The notes below the pieces were generated by a model, which saw only the letters and a list, made by a program, of their open reading frames with translations, had not been told where the DNA came from and ran no database searches. Below are positions 30,154 through 39,500 of a stretch of 64,000 bases of DNA, one piece after another. Positions within the stretch are counted from its first letter, which is position 1. The number at the start of each line of letters is the position of its first letter. Source of the DNA: an uncultured Methylomirabilota bacterium (GTDB taxonomy: Bacteria > Methylomirabilota > Methylomirabilia > Methylomirabilales > 2-02-FULL-66-22); NCBI GenBank assembly GCA_963845565.1, contig CAWJSJ010000005.1:800001-864000 (forward strand). Direction: 5' to 3'. A program made the translations under genes and the position numbers.

Positions 30154-30948
30154 ATGCGTCTGGCGGGAAAGGTTGCCATGGTCACCGGCGGCGGTGCGGG
30201 CATCGGCCGGGCTATCGTGCTGGCCATGGCCCGGGAAGGGGCCGACATCGTCATACCGGACATCCAGGTGGCGAACGCCGAGGCGGTCGCCAAGGAAGTC
30301 CAGGCCCTGGGGCGACGGGCGATCGTTCGGAAGGTGGACGTGACGAGAGAGGCCGAGATCCACGCGGCGATTGCCGAGGGCATCGCGGCCTGCGGCCAGA
30401 TCGACATCCTGGTGAACAATGCGGGCGTCACTCCCGGACTCGGTCTGCCGTTCACCCGTCAGGTGGAGGCGGACTGGGACAAGGTCTTCAACGTCAACAT
30501 GAAGTCGGTGTTCTTCACCTGCAAGCACATCGCCCCGCACTTCATGGGGCGACGCTCGGGGAAGATCGTCAACATCTCGTCCATCGCCGGGCCGCTGTCC
30601 AGCTCCACCATGCCGTCGTACAGCGTCTCCAAGATGGGGGTCATCACCTTCACGAAGATCGTTGCCAAGGAACTGGCACCGTACAACGTCAACGTGAACG
30701 CCATCTGCCCCGGACTTCTCTTTACCGACATGTGGAAGAAGATCGGGGACGTGATGCGAGAGACGAACCCCGCCTATGCCGATCTCACCCCGCGGCAGAT
30801 GTTCGAGAAGCGCGTGGAGGAATGGATCCCACTGAAGCGCGAGCAGACGCCCGAAGACATCGGGTGTGCCGCCGTGTTCCTCGCGTCCGAGGACGCCCGG
30901 AACATCACCGGCCAAGCCCTCATGGTGGACGGCGGGGTGGTGATGTAG
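30154..30948 (+). CDS. Short-chain dehydrogenase/reductase (classical SDR)
   Basis: TGGGAGIG, NNAG, NISS, YSVSK (YxxxK), VNAICPG, ITGQ.L.VDGG. Confidence 0.93.
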   Translation: MRLAGKVAMVTGGGAGIGRAIVLAMAREGADIVIPDIQVANAEAVAKEVQALGRRAIVRKVDVTREAEIHAAIAEGIAACGQIDILVNNAGVTPGLGLPFTRQVEADWDKVFNVNMKSVFFTCKHIAPHFMGRRSGKIVNISSIAGPLSSSTMPSYSVSKMGVITFTKIVAKELAPYNVNVNAICPGLLFTDMWKKIGDVMRETNPAYADLTPRQMFEKRVEEWIPLKREQTPEDIGCAAVFLASEDARNITGQALMVDGGVVM

Positions 30949-30976
30949 AGCCGAGAGCCGAGAGCGGAGAGAGTTG

Positions 30977-30994
30977 ATTTCGTAACGGCTCCTA
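30977..30994 (+). repeat. Family B repeat half-site (ATTTCGTAACGGCTCCTA)
   Basis: 18-mer identical to the right arm of the 35630-35732 element. Confidence 0.7.
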
Positions 30995-31005
30995 AGGGGG
31001 AATTC

Positions 31006-32391
31006 ATGGCGGGGAAAAAGGCCTGGGGCGGGCGCTTCAGCACCGAGACCCACAAGCAAGTGGAGGCGTTCACCGCCTCCATCGACTTCGACCGGCGGCT
31101 GGCGCCCTACGACATTACGGGGAGCATCGCCCACGCCCGGATGCTGGCGAAATGCGGCATCCTGACCAAGGCAGAGGCGGACGCGATCGTGGGCGGACTG
31201 GAGGAGATCCGGGAGGAGATCGCCCGGGGGGACTTCCGCTACGATCATGCGCTGGAAGACATCCACATGCACGTGGAGCGGCGCCTGACCGACAAGATCG
31301 GCGAGGTCGGCGGGAAGCTGCATACCGCCCGAAGCCGGAACGACCAGGTGGCGCTGGACCTCCGTCTCTATCTGCGGGACACGATCGGCGCCATTCGCGA
31401 TGGGATTCGGACGCTGCAGTCGGTGTTCGTCTCCAAGGCCGAGGTGCACCTGAACACGGTGATGCCCGGCTATACCCACCTCCAGCGAGCCCAACCGATC
31501 CTGCTGGCGCACCACCTGCTGGCCTATTTCGAGATGTTCCAGCGAGATCGGGACCGGCTCGCCGACTGTCTGACGCGGGTGAACGTCCTGCCGCTGGGGG
31601 CCGGGGCCCTGGCCGGGACCCCGTTTCCCATCGACCGGGCGTATGTGGCCAAGCTCCTGGGTTTCCCCACGGTGGCGGCCAACAGCGAGGACGCGGTGTC
31701 CGACCGGGACTTCGCGGTGGAGTTCCTGAGCTGTTGCGCCATCTTGGCCATGCACATCTCCCGACTGGCGGAAGAGTTGATCCTGTGGGCCAGCGCGGAG
31801 TTCGGCTTCATCGAGCTGCCCGATGCCTTCGCCACCGGCTCCAGCATCATGCCGCAGAAGAAGAACCCGGACGTGGCCGAGCTATCCCGAGGCAAGACCG
31901 GGCGCGTGTACGGCGACCTGGTGAGCCTGCTCACCATCTTGAAGGGTCTGCCGATGAGCTACAACCGGGACCTCCAGGAGGACAAGGAGCCGGTCTTCGA
32001 CGCGGCCGACACCGTCCGCCAGATGCTGGAGGTCCTGCCTCCGATGCTGACGGCGATCATCTTCCGGGTCGATCGGATGCGGGCGGCAACCGCGGACGGG
32101 TTCCTCAACGCCACGGACCTGGCCGATTATCTGGTGACGAAGGGCGTGCCGTTCCGGGAAGCCCACGAGATCGTGGGCCGCATCGTGCGCCAATGCGTCG
32201 AAGCGGGCGAGCGGCTGGAATCCCTCCCCCTGGCGCGGCTTCGGCAATTTTCGCAGGCGTTCGGGCCCGACGTCGCGAAGCAGATTACGCTCGATGCGTG
32301 CGTCGAGCGGCGCCAGTCTGCCGGCGGCACCAGCTCGCGCCGGGTGGCCGAGGCCATCCAGGCGGCCAAGCGGACGCTGCGCCGGCCATGA
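31006..32391 (+). CDS. argH: Argininosuccinate lyase
   Basis: WGGRF, EDIH..VE, LHTARSRNDQV, MPGYTHLQRAQP, GSSIMPQKKNPD, YNRDLQEDKE. Confidence 0.98.
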   Translation: MAGKKAWGGRFSTETHKQVEAFTASIDFDRRLAPYDITGSIAHARMLAKCGILTKAEADAIVGGLEEIREEIARGDFRYDHALEDIHMHVERRLTDKIGEVGGKLHTARSRNDQVALDLRLYLRDTIGAIRDGIRTLQSVFVSKAEVHLNTVMPGYTHLQRAQPILLAHHLLAYFEMFQRDRDRLADCLTRVNVLPLGAGALAGTPFPIDRAYVAKLLGFPTVAANSEDAVSDRDFAVEFLSCCAILAMHISRLAEELILWASAEFGFIELPDAFATGSSIMPQKKNPDVAELSRGKTGRVYGDLVSLLTILKGLPMSYNRDLQEDKEPVFDAADTVRQMLEVLPPMLTAIIFRVDRMRAATADGFLNATDLADYLVTKGVPFREAHEIVGRIVRQCVEAGERLESLPLARLRQFSQAFGPDVAKQITLDACVERRQSAGGTSSRRVAEAIQAAKRTLRRP

Positions 32392-33476
32392 AGTCCCGCC
32401 GTCCGCAGGCACGGGCGCTCTGGGCGGCTGCGATCCTTGCCGCACTGCTGGTCGTGGTGCCGGCGTGTGGGCGGAGGGGCCCGCCGCTGCCACCGCGCCC
32501 GATCGTGCCGGCCATGGTGGGCGACTTCCGGGCCGAGCCCCGCGAGTCCGGCATCCTGTTGAGCTGGACCAGGCCGCGCCGGAACAACGACGACTCACCT
32601 CTGACCGATCTTCAGGAATTTCGCCTCCTGCGGGCAACCGGTCCGCTGGGGACAGCGGGCGTCACGCCATTTGCGTTTGCGCTGCGTGCCACGATCCGGG
32701 CCGAGCAGCCGGGCGGCGCCGGCGCGACGCGTTCGCTCTATACATATCGCGACGATGCGGACGGGCAAGGGCTCGCCACGGGTGTCCAGTACCGCTATCG
32801 CGTTCAGGCCGTCAACGGTCAGGGCGTGGTCGGAACGCCGTCGGCGGAGGTGGTCGTGGACCTGATCCCCGCCCCGCCCGCGCCCGCCGGTGTCACGGCC
32901 GCCGCCGGGGACGGCACCGTGGACTTGGCGTGGCAGGCTTCGTCCGTCGGGGATCGATCCGGCGTGCCATCCGTCAAGGGCTATAACGTCTATCGAGGGG
33001 TCCAACCCGGCGTGTATGGGCCCCAACCGATCAACGCCGCCCCGATTCCCGAGACCCGCTTTCGGGATGCAGGCGTCGGAAACGACACCACCTACTATTA
33101 CATTGTCCGCAGCGTGGCGGGCGACCGTCCGCCCTGGCGAGAAAGCGGGGACTCAGCCCAGGTGTCGGTGACGCCGCAGGACTCCGTCGCGCCGGCGCCG
33201 CCCGCCGGCCTGGTGGCGATCCCCGGGGAACGCGACGTGGCCCTGACGTGGCGCGCCAATCGCGAGGCGGATATACTCGGGTACCTGGTGTACCGGCGCG
33301 AGTTGCCTCAGGTGGTTTCCGTTCGGCTGACGGACCAGCCGATTCCCGGGACGACCTTCACGGACCGCACCGCGCGACGCAGCGCCACGTATGTCTACAC
33401 GGTGACCGCCGTGGACCGGTCGGCGCATCGCAACGAGAGCGCTCCTTCCGCAGAGGTCGAGGTCTCGCTTCCCTGA
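32388..33476 (+). CDS. Lipoprotein with LptM-like N-terminal motif and three fibronectin type III domains
   Basis: Lipobox VVPA-C followed by GRRGPPLPP; three FN3 repeats (L.W...GY.VYR...F.D.....Y.Y.V.AV....ES..S). Confidence 0.82.
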   Translation: MKSRRPQARALWAAAILAALLVVVPACGRRGPPLPPRPIVPAMVGDFRAEPRESGILLSWTRPRRNNDDSPLTDLQEFRLLRATGPLGTAGVTPFAFALRATIRAEQPGGAGATRSLYTYRDDADGQGLATGVQYRYRVQAVNGQGVVGTPSAEVVVDLIPAPPAPAGVTAAAGDGTVDLAWQASSVGDRSGVPSVKGYNVYRGVQPGVYGPQPINAAPIPETRFRDAGVGNDTTYYYIVRSVAGDRPPWRESGDSAQVSVTPQDSVAPAPPAGLVAIPGERDVALTWRANREADILGYLVYRRELPQVVSVRLTDQPIPGTTFTDRTARRSATYVYTVTAVDRSAHRNESAPSAEVEVSLP

Positions 33477-33510
33477 CGCGGACCAGGCCCCCTGGTCGCG
33501 AGATGCCCCT

Positions 33511-33537
33511 TCAGTTCCGCCGGCAATCTTCCGATAC
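33511..33537 (+). promoter_or_regulatory. Putative sigma28 (FliA/WhiG-type) promoter
   Basis: TCAG-15 bp-TCCGATAC versus consensus TAAA-N15-GCCGATAA, 40 bp upstream of ORF 33577. Confidence 0.45.
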
Positions 33538-33576
33538 TCCGGACAGGCGGGGACTTTCGCCGGGACGGAGTCACTC

Positions 33577-33939
33577 ATGTTTGACTTTCTGAGTGGACAG
33601 ATCCTCAGCGTGGTGGCGGCCCGCCGCTCCGGGAACGCGGATGGAGCGCTCGCCGAACCCCGGCGCCAGGCAGAACTCCAGGCGCCGAAGGTCCCGGTCG
33701 CGCGTGGGACCGCGTCCGAGGATCAGGTCGTCCTGAGCGGGGCGACTCCACCGCCCGCGCCGCCGATTCCGGTTAAGCCGAGCCAGCCCACCGAGACCGG
33801 GAATCGTGTCCAAGAGGCCCTCCGGCGACTGCGCGCGCTGCGGCGCAAGTCCCGCCACGACCCCCCTGATCCCGACCAGGCCGATCACGAGGAGGAGGAT
33901 TCCCCGTCCGCCGGCCATCGGTTCGATCGCTGGGCGTGA
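33577..33939 (+). CDS. Hypothetical low-complexity protein (DQVVLS motif, C-terminal GHRFDRWA)
   Basis: 120-aa ORF with GGAG RBS filling an intergenic gap. Confidence 0.55.
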   Translation: MFDFLSGQILSVVAARRSGNADGALAEPRRQAELQAPKVPVARGTASEDQVVLSGATPPPAPPIPVKPSQPTETGNRVQEALRRLRALRRKSRHDPPDPDQADHEEEDSPSAGHRFDRWA

Positions 33940-34091
33940 CCGCCGGGGACGCCGCGCGCCGCGGCGATGCCGGCCACATGGTGTGCCGGCGCGAGGGGGA
34001 ACCGCCCGCCCGCCGATTTCCTATCGCGTTTCGGGGAGGGGGTATGGTATGAGAGACGCGGGTTGGGAGAGGGCGATCACCAGGAGGATGA

Positions 34092-34322
34092 ATGCCGGTG
34101 TGGCAACGGCTCAAGCAGGGGTTTTGGCGAGTCATTCGCGCGGCGATGAGCTGGATGTCGCTCCTGGCGATTCCGCTCGGCATCGGCGTCGGGCTCGCGG
34201 GGTATCGCACGCTCGGCGCTCTCCTAGTGCTGGGCGGAACACTCGCCTATTTCCTGGTGGACCCGATCATGTTGTTCCTGGATCTGCTTCCGTCCAGGAC
34301 GTCCCGATTCCGGAAGAAGTGA
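34092..34322 (+). CDS. Small hypothetical membrane protein
   Basis: AGGAGG RBS; 76 aa with two hydrophobic segments and a basic C-terminus. Confidence 0.6.
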   Translation: MPVWQRLKQGFWRVIRAAMSWMSLLAIPLGIGVGLAGYRTLGALLVLGGTLAYFLVDPIMLFLDLLPSRTSRFRKK

Positions 34323-34339
34323 TTTCGTAACGGCTCCTA
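34322..34339 (+). repeat. Family B repeat half-site (ATTTCGTAACGGCTCCTA)
   Basis: Identical to 30977-30994 and to the right arm at 35714-35731. Confidence 0.7.
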
Positions 34340-34366
34340 CCAAACTCTGACGACAGGGAGGTCCGC

Positions 34367-34702
34367 GTGGAGACGAAGAAGAACAAATTCCAGGCTTACA
34401 TCCGGAGCGACGACGCCGAGCGATTCAACGCCGAGATCGCCGCGCTGGTCGGGCCCGTGGATCTGGAGAACTGCGACCTCTCCAACCAGGATCTTCGACG
34501 CTTCAATCTTCGGAGCGCGAACCTCCGCAACGCGTACCTGAAGATGGCAGACCTGCGCGGGGTGGACCTATCGAACGCGCAGATGGACGGGGCGTCCATC
34601 AACCGGGCGCACATCAGCGGTGCGTTTTTTCCGCGGAGCATCCCGGCCCAGGAGGTCTTGCTCTCCGTCGAGCACGGTACGCGCATGCGTGCCGCCCCGT
34701 GA
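34367..34702 (+). CDS. Small pentapeptide-repeat protein
   Basis: DLENCDLSNQDLRRFNLRSANLRNAYLKMADLRGVDLSNAQMDGASI A(D/N)Lxx repeats; GGAGG RBS. Confidence 0.88.
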   Translation: METKKNKFQAYIRSDDAERFNAEIAALVGPVDLENCDLSNQDLRRFNLRSANLRNAYLKMADLRGVDLSNAQMDGASINRAHISGAFFPRSIPAQEVLLSVEHGTRMRAAP

Positions 34703-34736
34703 CCGCTGCCGCGAACCGTGTCGAAGGGTCCGTCCC

Positions 34737-35630
34737 GTGATCAACCCCCCCCGCGTCCTCGTGTTCGGCTACAGCGAGGTTGGGTGCGCCGGTTTTGACC
34801 TGCTGCGCCGTCGCGGCGCGCACCTCGTCGGAGTCTTCACCCACCAGGACGACCCCACCGAGGCGCGATGGTTTCGGTCCGTCGCCGCGCTGGCCACGCA
34901 GGCCGGAGTGCCCGTCTTCACGCCGGCCTCCCTCGCGGATCCGGAATGGGAGTCGCTGATCTGCGATCGGCTTCGCCCGGACTTGATTTGTTCTCTGTAT
35001 TACCGCCACCTGATTCCCACGCGCCTCTTTCGCACCGCCGGGCTGGGTGCCGTGAATCTGCACGGCTCGCTGTTACCCAAGTACCGCGGCCGGGCCCCCG
35101 TGAACTGGGCCGTACTGCATGGCGAGACGCGGACCGGAGCGACCCTGCACCACATGACCGGGCGAGCGGACGCCGGCGACATCGTCGATCAGGAGGCGGT
35201 GCCCATCGGGCCTCGCGACACGGCGGGGGAGGTCATGGCGAAGGTGGCGGAGGCGGCGGTGCGAGTGCTCGATCGGCAATTCGACAACCTGGTTCGCGGG
35301 ACGGCGCCGCGGCACCCTCAGGATGAGGCGCTGGCGACGTGTTTCGGGCGGCGCACCCCGGAGGACGGCCGCATCGATTGGGTGTGGCCGACGAGTCGGA
35401 TCTTCAATCTGGTGCGCGCGGTCACGCGGCCGTATCCCGGGGCGTTCGCCGACTGGCCGGACGGCCGCCGCCTGATCGTGTGGTGGGCGGAACCGGAAGC
35501 CCGCCAAGCCCCGCCGGGCGCCCTCCTGCGCCCGCACCCCCCGATCATCGCCACGGGCGACGGTGCGGTGCGCGTCACCGACTTCGAATGGCGGGTTCCG
35601 CCCGCCGCCTCCGCCGAGGCTGCGCGCTGA
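34737..35630 (+). CDS. Stand-alone formyltransferase, ArnA N-terminal (UDP-L-Ara4N formyltransferase)-like
   Basis: VFGYSEVG, VFTHQDDP.E..WF.SV, NLHGSLLPKYRGRAPVNW, ADAGDIVDQ, RRTPEDGRIDW, LVRAVTRPYPGAF. Confidence 0.85.
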   Translation: MINPPRVLVFGYSEVGCAGFDLLRRRGAHLVGVFTHQDDPTEARWFRSVAALATQAGVPVFTPASLADPEWESLICDRLRPDLICSLYYRHLIPTRLFRTAGLGAVNLHGSLLPKYRGRAPVNWAVLHGETRTGATLHHMTGRADAGDIVDQEAVPIGPRDTAGEVMAKVAEAAVRVLDRQFDNLVRGTAPRHPQDEALATCFGRRTPEDGRIDWVWPTSRIFNLVRAVTRPYPGAFADWPDGRRLIVWWAEPEARQAPPGALLRPHPPIIATGDGAVRVTDFEWRVPPAASAEAAR

Positions 35631-35732
35631 GCCGTTGTCAAAGAATACATTGAGCGGAGACATTCCAAAACGGCACAAGGAGCCGTAACGAAATAGAAAG
35701 AGATGTATAGGTTATTTCGTAACGGCTCCTAA
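35630..35732 (+). repeat. Family B about 103-bp two-hairpin repeat, copy 1
   Basis: Closely similar to 53753-53854; contains the 18-bp inverted repeat AGGAGCCGTAACGAAATA / TATTTCGTAACGGCTCCT (one mismatch). Confidence 0.85.
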
Positions 35733-35759
35733 GGACGCCGGGGAGAGAAGCGGTGCGCG

Positions 35760-36515
35760 CTACAGATGCCGGATGCGACCGAGATACCGCTCGAGCAGAC
35801 GCTTGTTCCAGGCATCCCCGCCGGGCGCGTTGGCGCTGACCCAGACGGGGGGATCGATCCCCGCCCGGACGAGTTTCTCCACCACGCCGCATACCAGCAC
35901 ATTCAGCACGTACACGTTGACCAGCGTCGAGATCCCGGCCACCTTGTACGGGAAGCCGGGGATGTCCACCACGGCATCGCCCGCCGGGATGCCCGTGTCG
36001 ATGGCCAACTCCGCGATCTCGTGGAGGTTCTCCTTGCTCGTGTGCCGGGCGGGGTGGTCGGCCGCGACGCTGGCGGGAAACTCGAACGACGTCACGGCGA
36101 TGACCCGGGTGCCGCGCTCGCGACAGGCGTGCACGGTGTCGATGGTGAGCGCGTTGACCCCGTAGGAATTCACGAGGAGGAGCGTGTCGTCCTTGCCCAC
36201 CTGGTAGTAGTCCAGGACACCCTTGGCGTACCCGTGCATTCGCTCGATCTTGGTCGCCTTGGTCGCGCCGTGCATCAGGGAGAGTCCCGGGTCGAGGATG
36301 ACGGCGAAGGCGGCCAGACCGCCCGCCCGCCAGAGCAGTTCCTCCGCCGACCGGTTGTCGTGACCCCCAGTCCCCCAGACGTACACGAGCTTTCCCTTCC
36401 CGATGTCGGCGGCGAGGAGGGTCGAGGCCTGCTCGATCCGCTCGGCCTGCGTGTCGATGATGCGGCGGCAAAGCGCGGTGAGTGTTTCGAGGTACTGCGC
36501 GGCGAACTCCTGCAT
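35760..36515 (-). CDS. SIS (sugar isomerase) domain protein
   Basis: VYVWGTGGH...AEELLWRAGGL, LLVNSYGVNALTID, VIAVTS, HTSKENL...A...ID....GDA, PPVWVSAN.PGGD..N. Confidence 0.85.
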   Translation of the reverse strand: MQEFAAQYLETLTALCRRIIDTQAERIEQASTLLAADIGKGKLVYVWGTGGHDNRSAEELLWRAGGLAAFAVILDPGLSLMHGATKATKIERMHGYAKGVLDYYQVGKDDTLLLVNSYGVNALTIDTVHACRERGTRVIAVTSFEFPASVAADHPARHTSKENLHEIAELAIDTGIPAGDAVVDIPGFPYKVAGISTLVNVYVLNVLVCGVVEKLVRAGIDPPVWVSANAPGGDAWNKRLLERYLGRIRHL

Positions 36516-36535
36516 GGTCGTCTCCACCCTTTCCG

Positions 36536-37836
36536 CTAGATGTCCCGCAGGGAATCCTCGATGATGTTCAGCGCCTCGTCGATGTCGCCGTCGGTGTGCT
36601 GCGACGAGAAGCCGTGGTGCATGGTGTGGCCGTAGTCGTGGAGGTAGAGGCCACGCCGGACGCAGCCCAGGATGAACTTCACCTCCATCTCCCGGTTGGT
36701 TCGGACCGCTTGGCGATAGTCGGTCACCGGCTCGGTCACGCCCAGGTAGAGACCGAAGCGCGCGCCGATCCCCTGGACCACGCCCGGGACGCCCGTGACC
36801 TTGAGCGCCTCGCCGATGCCGCGAGTACAGCCGATCGGCCAGGCGGTCGATGTGGGGGTAGAACTCCGGTTTCGCGATCTCGGTCTGGCAGGCGATGGCG
36901 CCCATCACCGCCGTGAGGTGCCCGGTGTAGGTGCCGCTCATGATCGGTCCGGCCGACGGGGTTCAGGACCGACATGACCTCGCGCGTGCCGCAGACGGCC
37001 GCGATGGGGACGCCGCCGCCCAGGGCCTTGGCCAGGGTGCACAGGTCCGGCGTCACACCGTAGTACTGCTGGGCGCCGCCGCGGCACATCCGGAAACCCG
37101 ACAGGACCTCGTCGAAGATCAGGACGATGCCCTCGCGGGTGCAGGTCTCCCGCACGAGGCGCAGGAACTCCGGGGAAGCCGGGATGCAGCCCTGGTTGTA
37201 GGAGATCGGCTCCAGGATCACCGCCGCCAGCGCGTCCTTGTGGGCGGCGATTGCCCGGCAGAAGGCGTCGGGGTCGTTGAAGGGAACGACCACGACGAGG
37301 TCGCCCATCGCCTCGGGCATCCCGTCGGAGTCGGGCAGGGGAGCGACCGTGCCGTCCGGACGCCGCTCGCCGACCCCCGCCGAGCAATTGTACCAGAGGT
37401 AGTCGTGCATGCCGTGGAAGTGGCCCTCGAACTTGAGGATCTTCGGCTTCCGGGCGTATCCGCGGGCGATCCGGATGGCGCCCATGGTCGCCTCGGTTCC
37501 GCTGTTCGCGAAGCGGATCGTCTCCGCGCACGGAACTGCCTCGGACACCATGTCGGCCAGGCGGGAGTGGTATTCGGTCTCTCCGTTGCAGATGACGCCG
37601 ACATCGAGCGCCTGCAGGATGGCCGCCCGGATGGCGGGGTGGTCGTGGCCCAGGAAGTTGGCCCCGCTGCCCGTGAAGAAGTCGATGTATTCCTTGCCGT
37701 CCACGTCCCAGAATCGGGATCCCTTGCCGCGGGCCAGGTAGAGCGGCCGCTTGAGCAGGGGGTGCACCCGCCCGCCCGCTCCCGCGCCGCCGATCAGGTG
37801 CCGTTGCGCCGACTCGTAGAGTTGCTCACCTCTCAT
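36536..37836 (-). CDS. Class III PLP aminotransferase (glutamate-1-semialdehyde aminomutase-like), about 2 frameshifts near the 3' end
   Basis: WDVDGKEYIDF, IRFANSGTEATM, KFEGHFHG, LIFDEVLSGFR, PDLCTLAKALGGG, SGTYTGH; C-terminus in ORF 36536-36781. Confidence 0.87.
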
Positions 37837-37846
37837 GGCTCACCTC

Positions 37847-39159
37847 TCATCGGGACTTCGTCGTTGGATGGTCGGTCGCCAGGACGATCCGGCCTTGCTG
37901 CGCCATCAGCCGGCCGTCGCGGAAGACCATCTCGGGCTGGCGGAGCGCCCGGATGTCCTGCAGCGGATCGCCGGCCAGCAGGATGAGGTCGGCACGCTTG
38001 CCCGGCCTCCACGGTACCGATCTCGGCGTCGAGTCGGAGCGCGCGGGCTGACTCGGTCGTGGCCATCTGCAGCGCATCCATGGGACTGAAGCCGGCCCAG
38101 CGCACGAGGATCTCCACGGCCCGCGCCATCTCCTGGAAGCCGGGCCAGGCGTCGCCGCCGGGCCAAGGGCCGAACGCGGCATCCGTTCCGAGGAAGACCG
38201 TCACGCCCTGCGGCTCGCATCTGGTGCAGGAACGGCCAGCGCACCTTGAGCATGTTCAGCCACCACTGCTCCTCCGGCGTGGGGGGCACAGCGGACTCAT
38301 CGGGGAACAGGTAGGGGCGGGGAATGATGGCGTGATCCACGCGGACGCCGTGCTTCACCATCCAGTCCACGGCGGTCGCGTCCGTGACCGTGGTCCTGGG
38401 GTCGGCGCCGATCCAGGAGCAGTGCTCGATGGTGTCCACGCCGGCCTCGGCGGTGAGCCGGATGCTGTCCGTGGAGATGGCGTGGACCGCCACAGACAAC
38501 CCGAGGCGGTGGGCATCCTCGACGGCGGCCCGCACCTCGTCCAGCGTGTACTGCGAACGCGCGATGTTCGTCCCAGGGGTGGTCGTGCCGCCGCTGACGA
38601 TGAGCTTGATGAAATCCACGCCGCGGGCCGCCAAGCCTCGGACAGCCTTCCGGATCTCGTCGGCGGAATCCACGCCCCAGTCGGAGTAGATGTGGCCGGC
38701 CGTTGTGGTGATGGGTCGGCCGCAGGCGAGGATCCGCGGCCCGATGAACTGCCCGGCGGTGATCGCGTCGCGCAGCGCCAGCACCGTGTAGTCGTCGGCG
38801 CCGCAGTCGCGCAGCGTCGTCACGCCCGCAGCCAGCGCGAGCTGCGCGAACTGCGCGGCGCGGACGAGCTGGCGCTCGGGGTCCCGCTGCAGGAGCCGCG
38901 TCGTGTAGTCCTTGGCGGAGTACGCGGTGTAGAGTCCCTTGTCCCAGGTGATGTGGACGTGGCCGTCGATCAGGCCGGGGAGGATCGTTTTGCCGTCCGC
39001 CCGGATGGTGGGCGTATCGGCAGGGATGGGGACCGACTGGCTCGGTCCCGCGGCAGCGATCCGCCCGTCGGCGTTTAACAGGACCGTGCTGGAAGGGACG
39101 GGGGCCGGAGCGACTCCGTCGAGGAGCTGCGCGCCGGTGATTGCCAGGCGAATTGTCAT
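37847..39159 (-). CDS. Metal-dependent amidohydrolase (prolidase-like subtype), about 2 frameshifts
   Basis: LPGLIDGHVH, AGVTTLRDCG, DFIKLIVSGG, VAVHA, TIEHC, GTDA, GTVE.GKRADLILLAGDPLQDI. Confidence 0.88.
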
Positions 39160-39370
39160 GGGGCGATTCTCCCTGGGGCCTGCACCGCACCGCAGCCGCC
39201 ATTGCCCATCGTCCATCGTGTGTTCGTCGGCAGGATCGCTCACCCGTCGAATCGATGTCAAGTCAAAAGGGCTGCGCCGTGGAGAAATGCAAGGGGCGCC
39301 GCGGCTCACGCCACGGCGCCCCGGGGCAATCATCGTCTTCTAGCATGTTGCTGCGAAGTGTGCTGTTGCT

Positions 39371-39495
39371 CAGGCTGCTCAAAAAGGCCCAGATGCAAGG
39401 CGGCACGCCAAAGCCCGAGCGAGGCGTACTGGAAGTACGTCGCAGCGAGTGGCGAGGCGGGCCAACGCAGCAGATGAGCCTTTTTCAGCAGCCTG
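39371..39495 (-). repeat. Family A palindromic repeat, copy 3
   Basis: Reverse complement matches copy 1 closely; immediately downstream of the transaldolase-family stop on the minus strand. Confidence 0.88.
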
Positions 39496-39500
39496 GGTCT

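Noticed and set aside
31152..32387. 774-aa ORF as a long fusion protein
   Set aside because: The first part is an alternative frame over argH; the lipoprotein starts at 32388
36536..37836. Calling the class III aminotransferase hemL
   Set aside because: Lacks the PGGVNSPVR N-terminal signature and sits in a catabolic context
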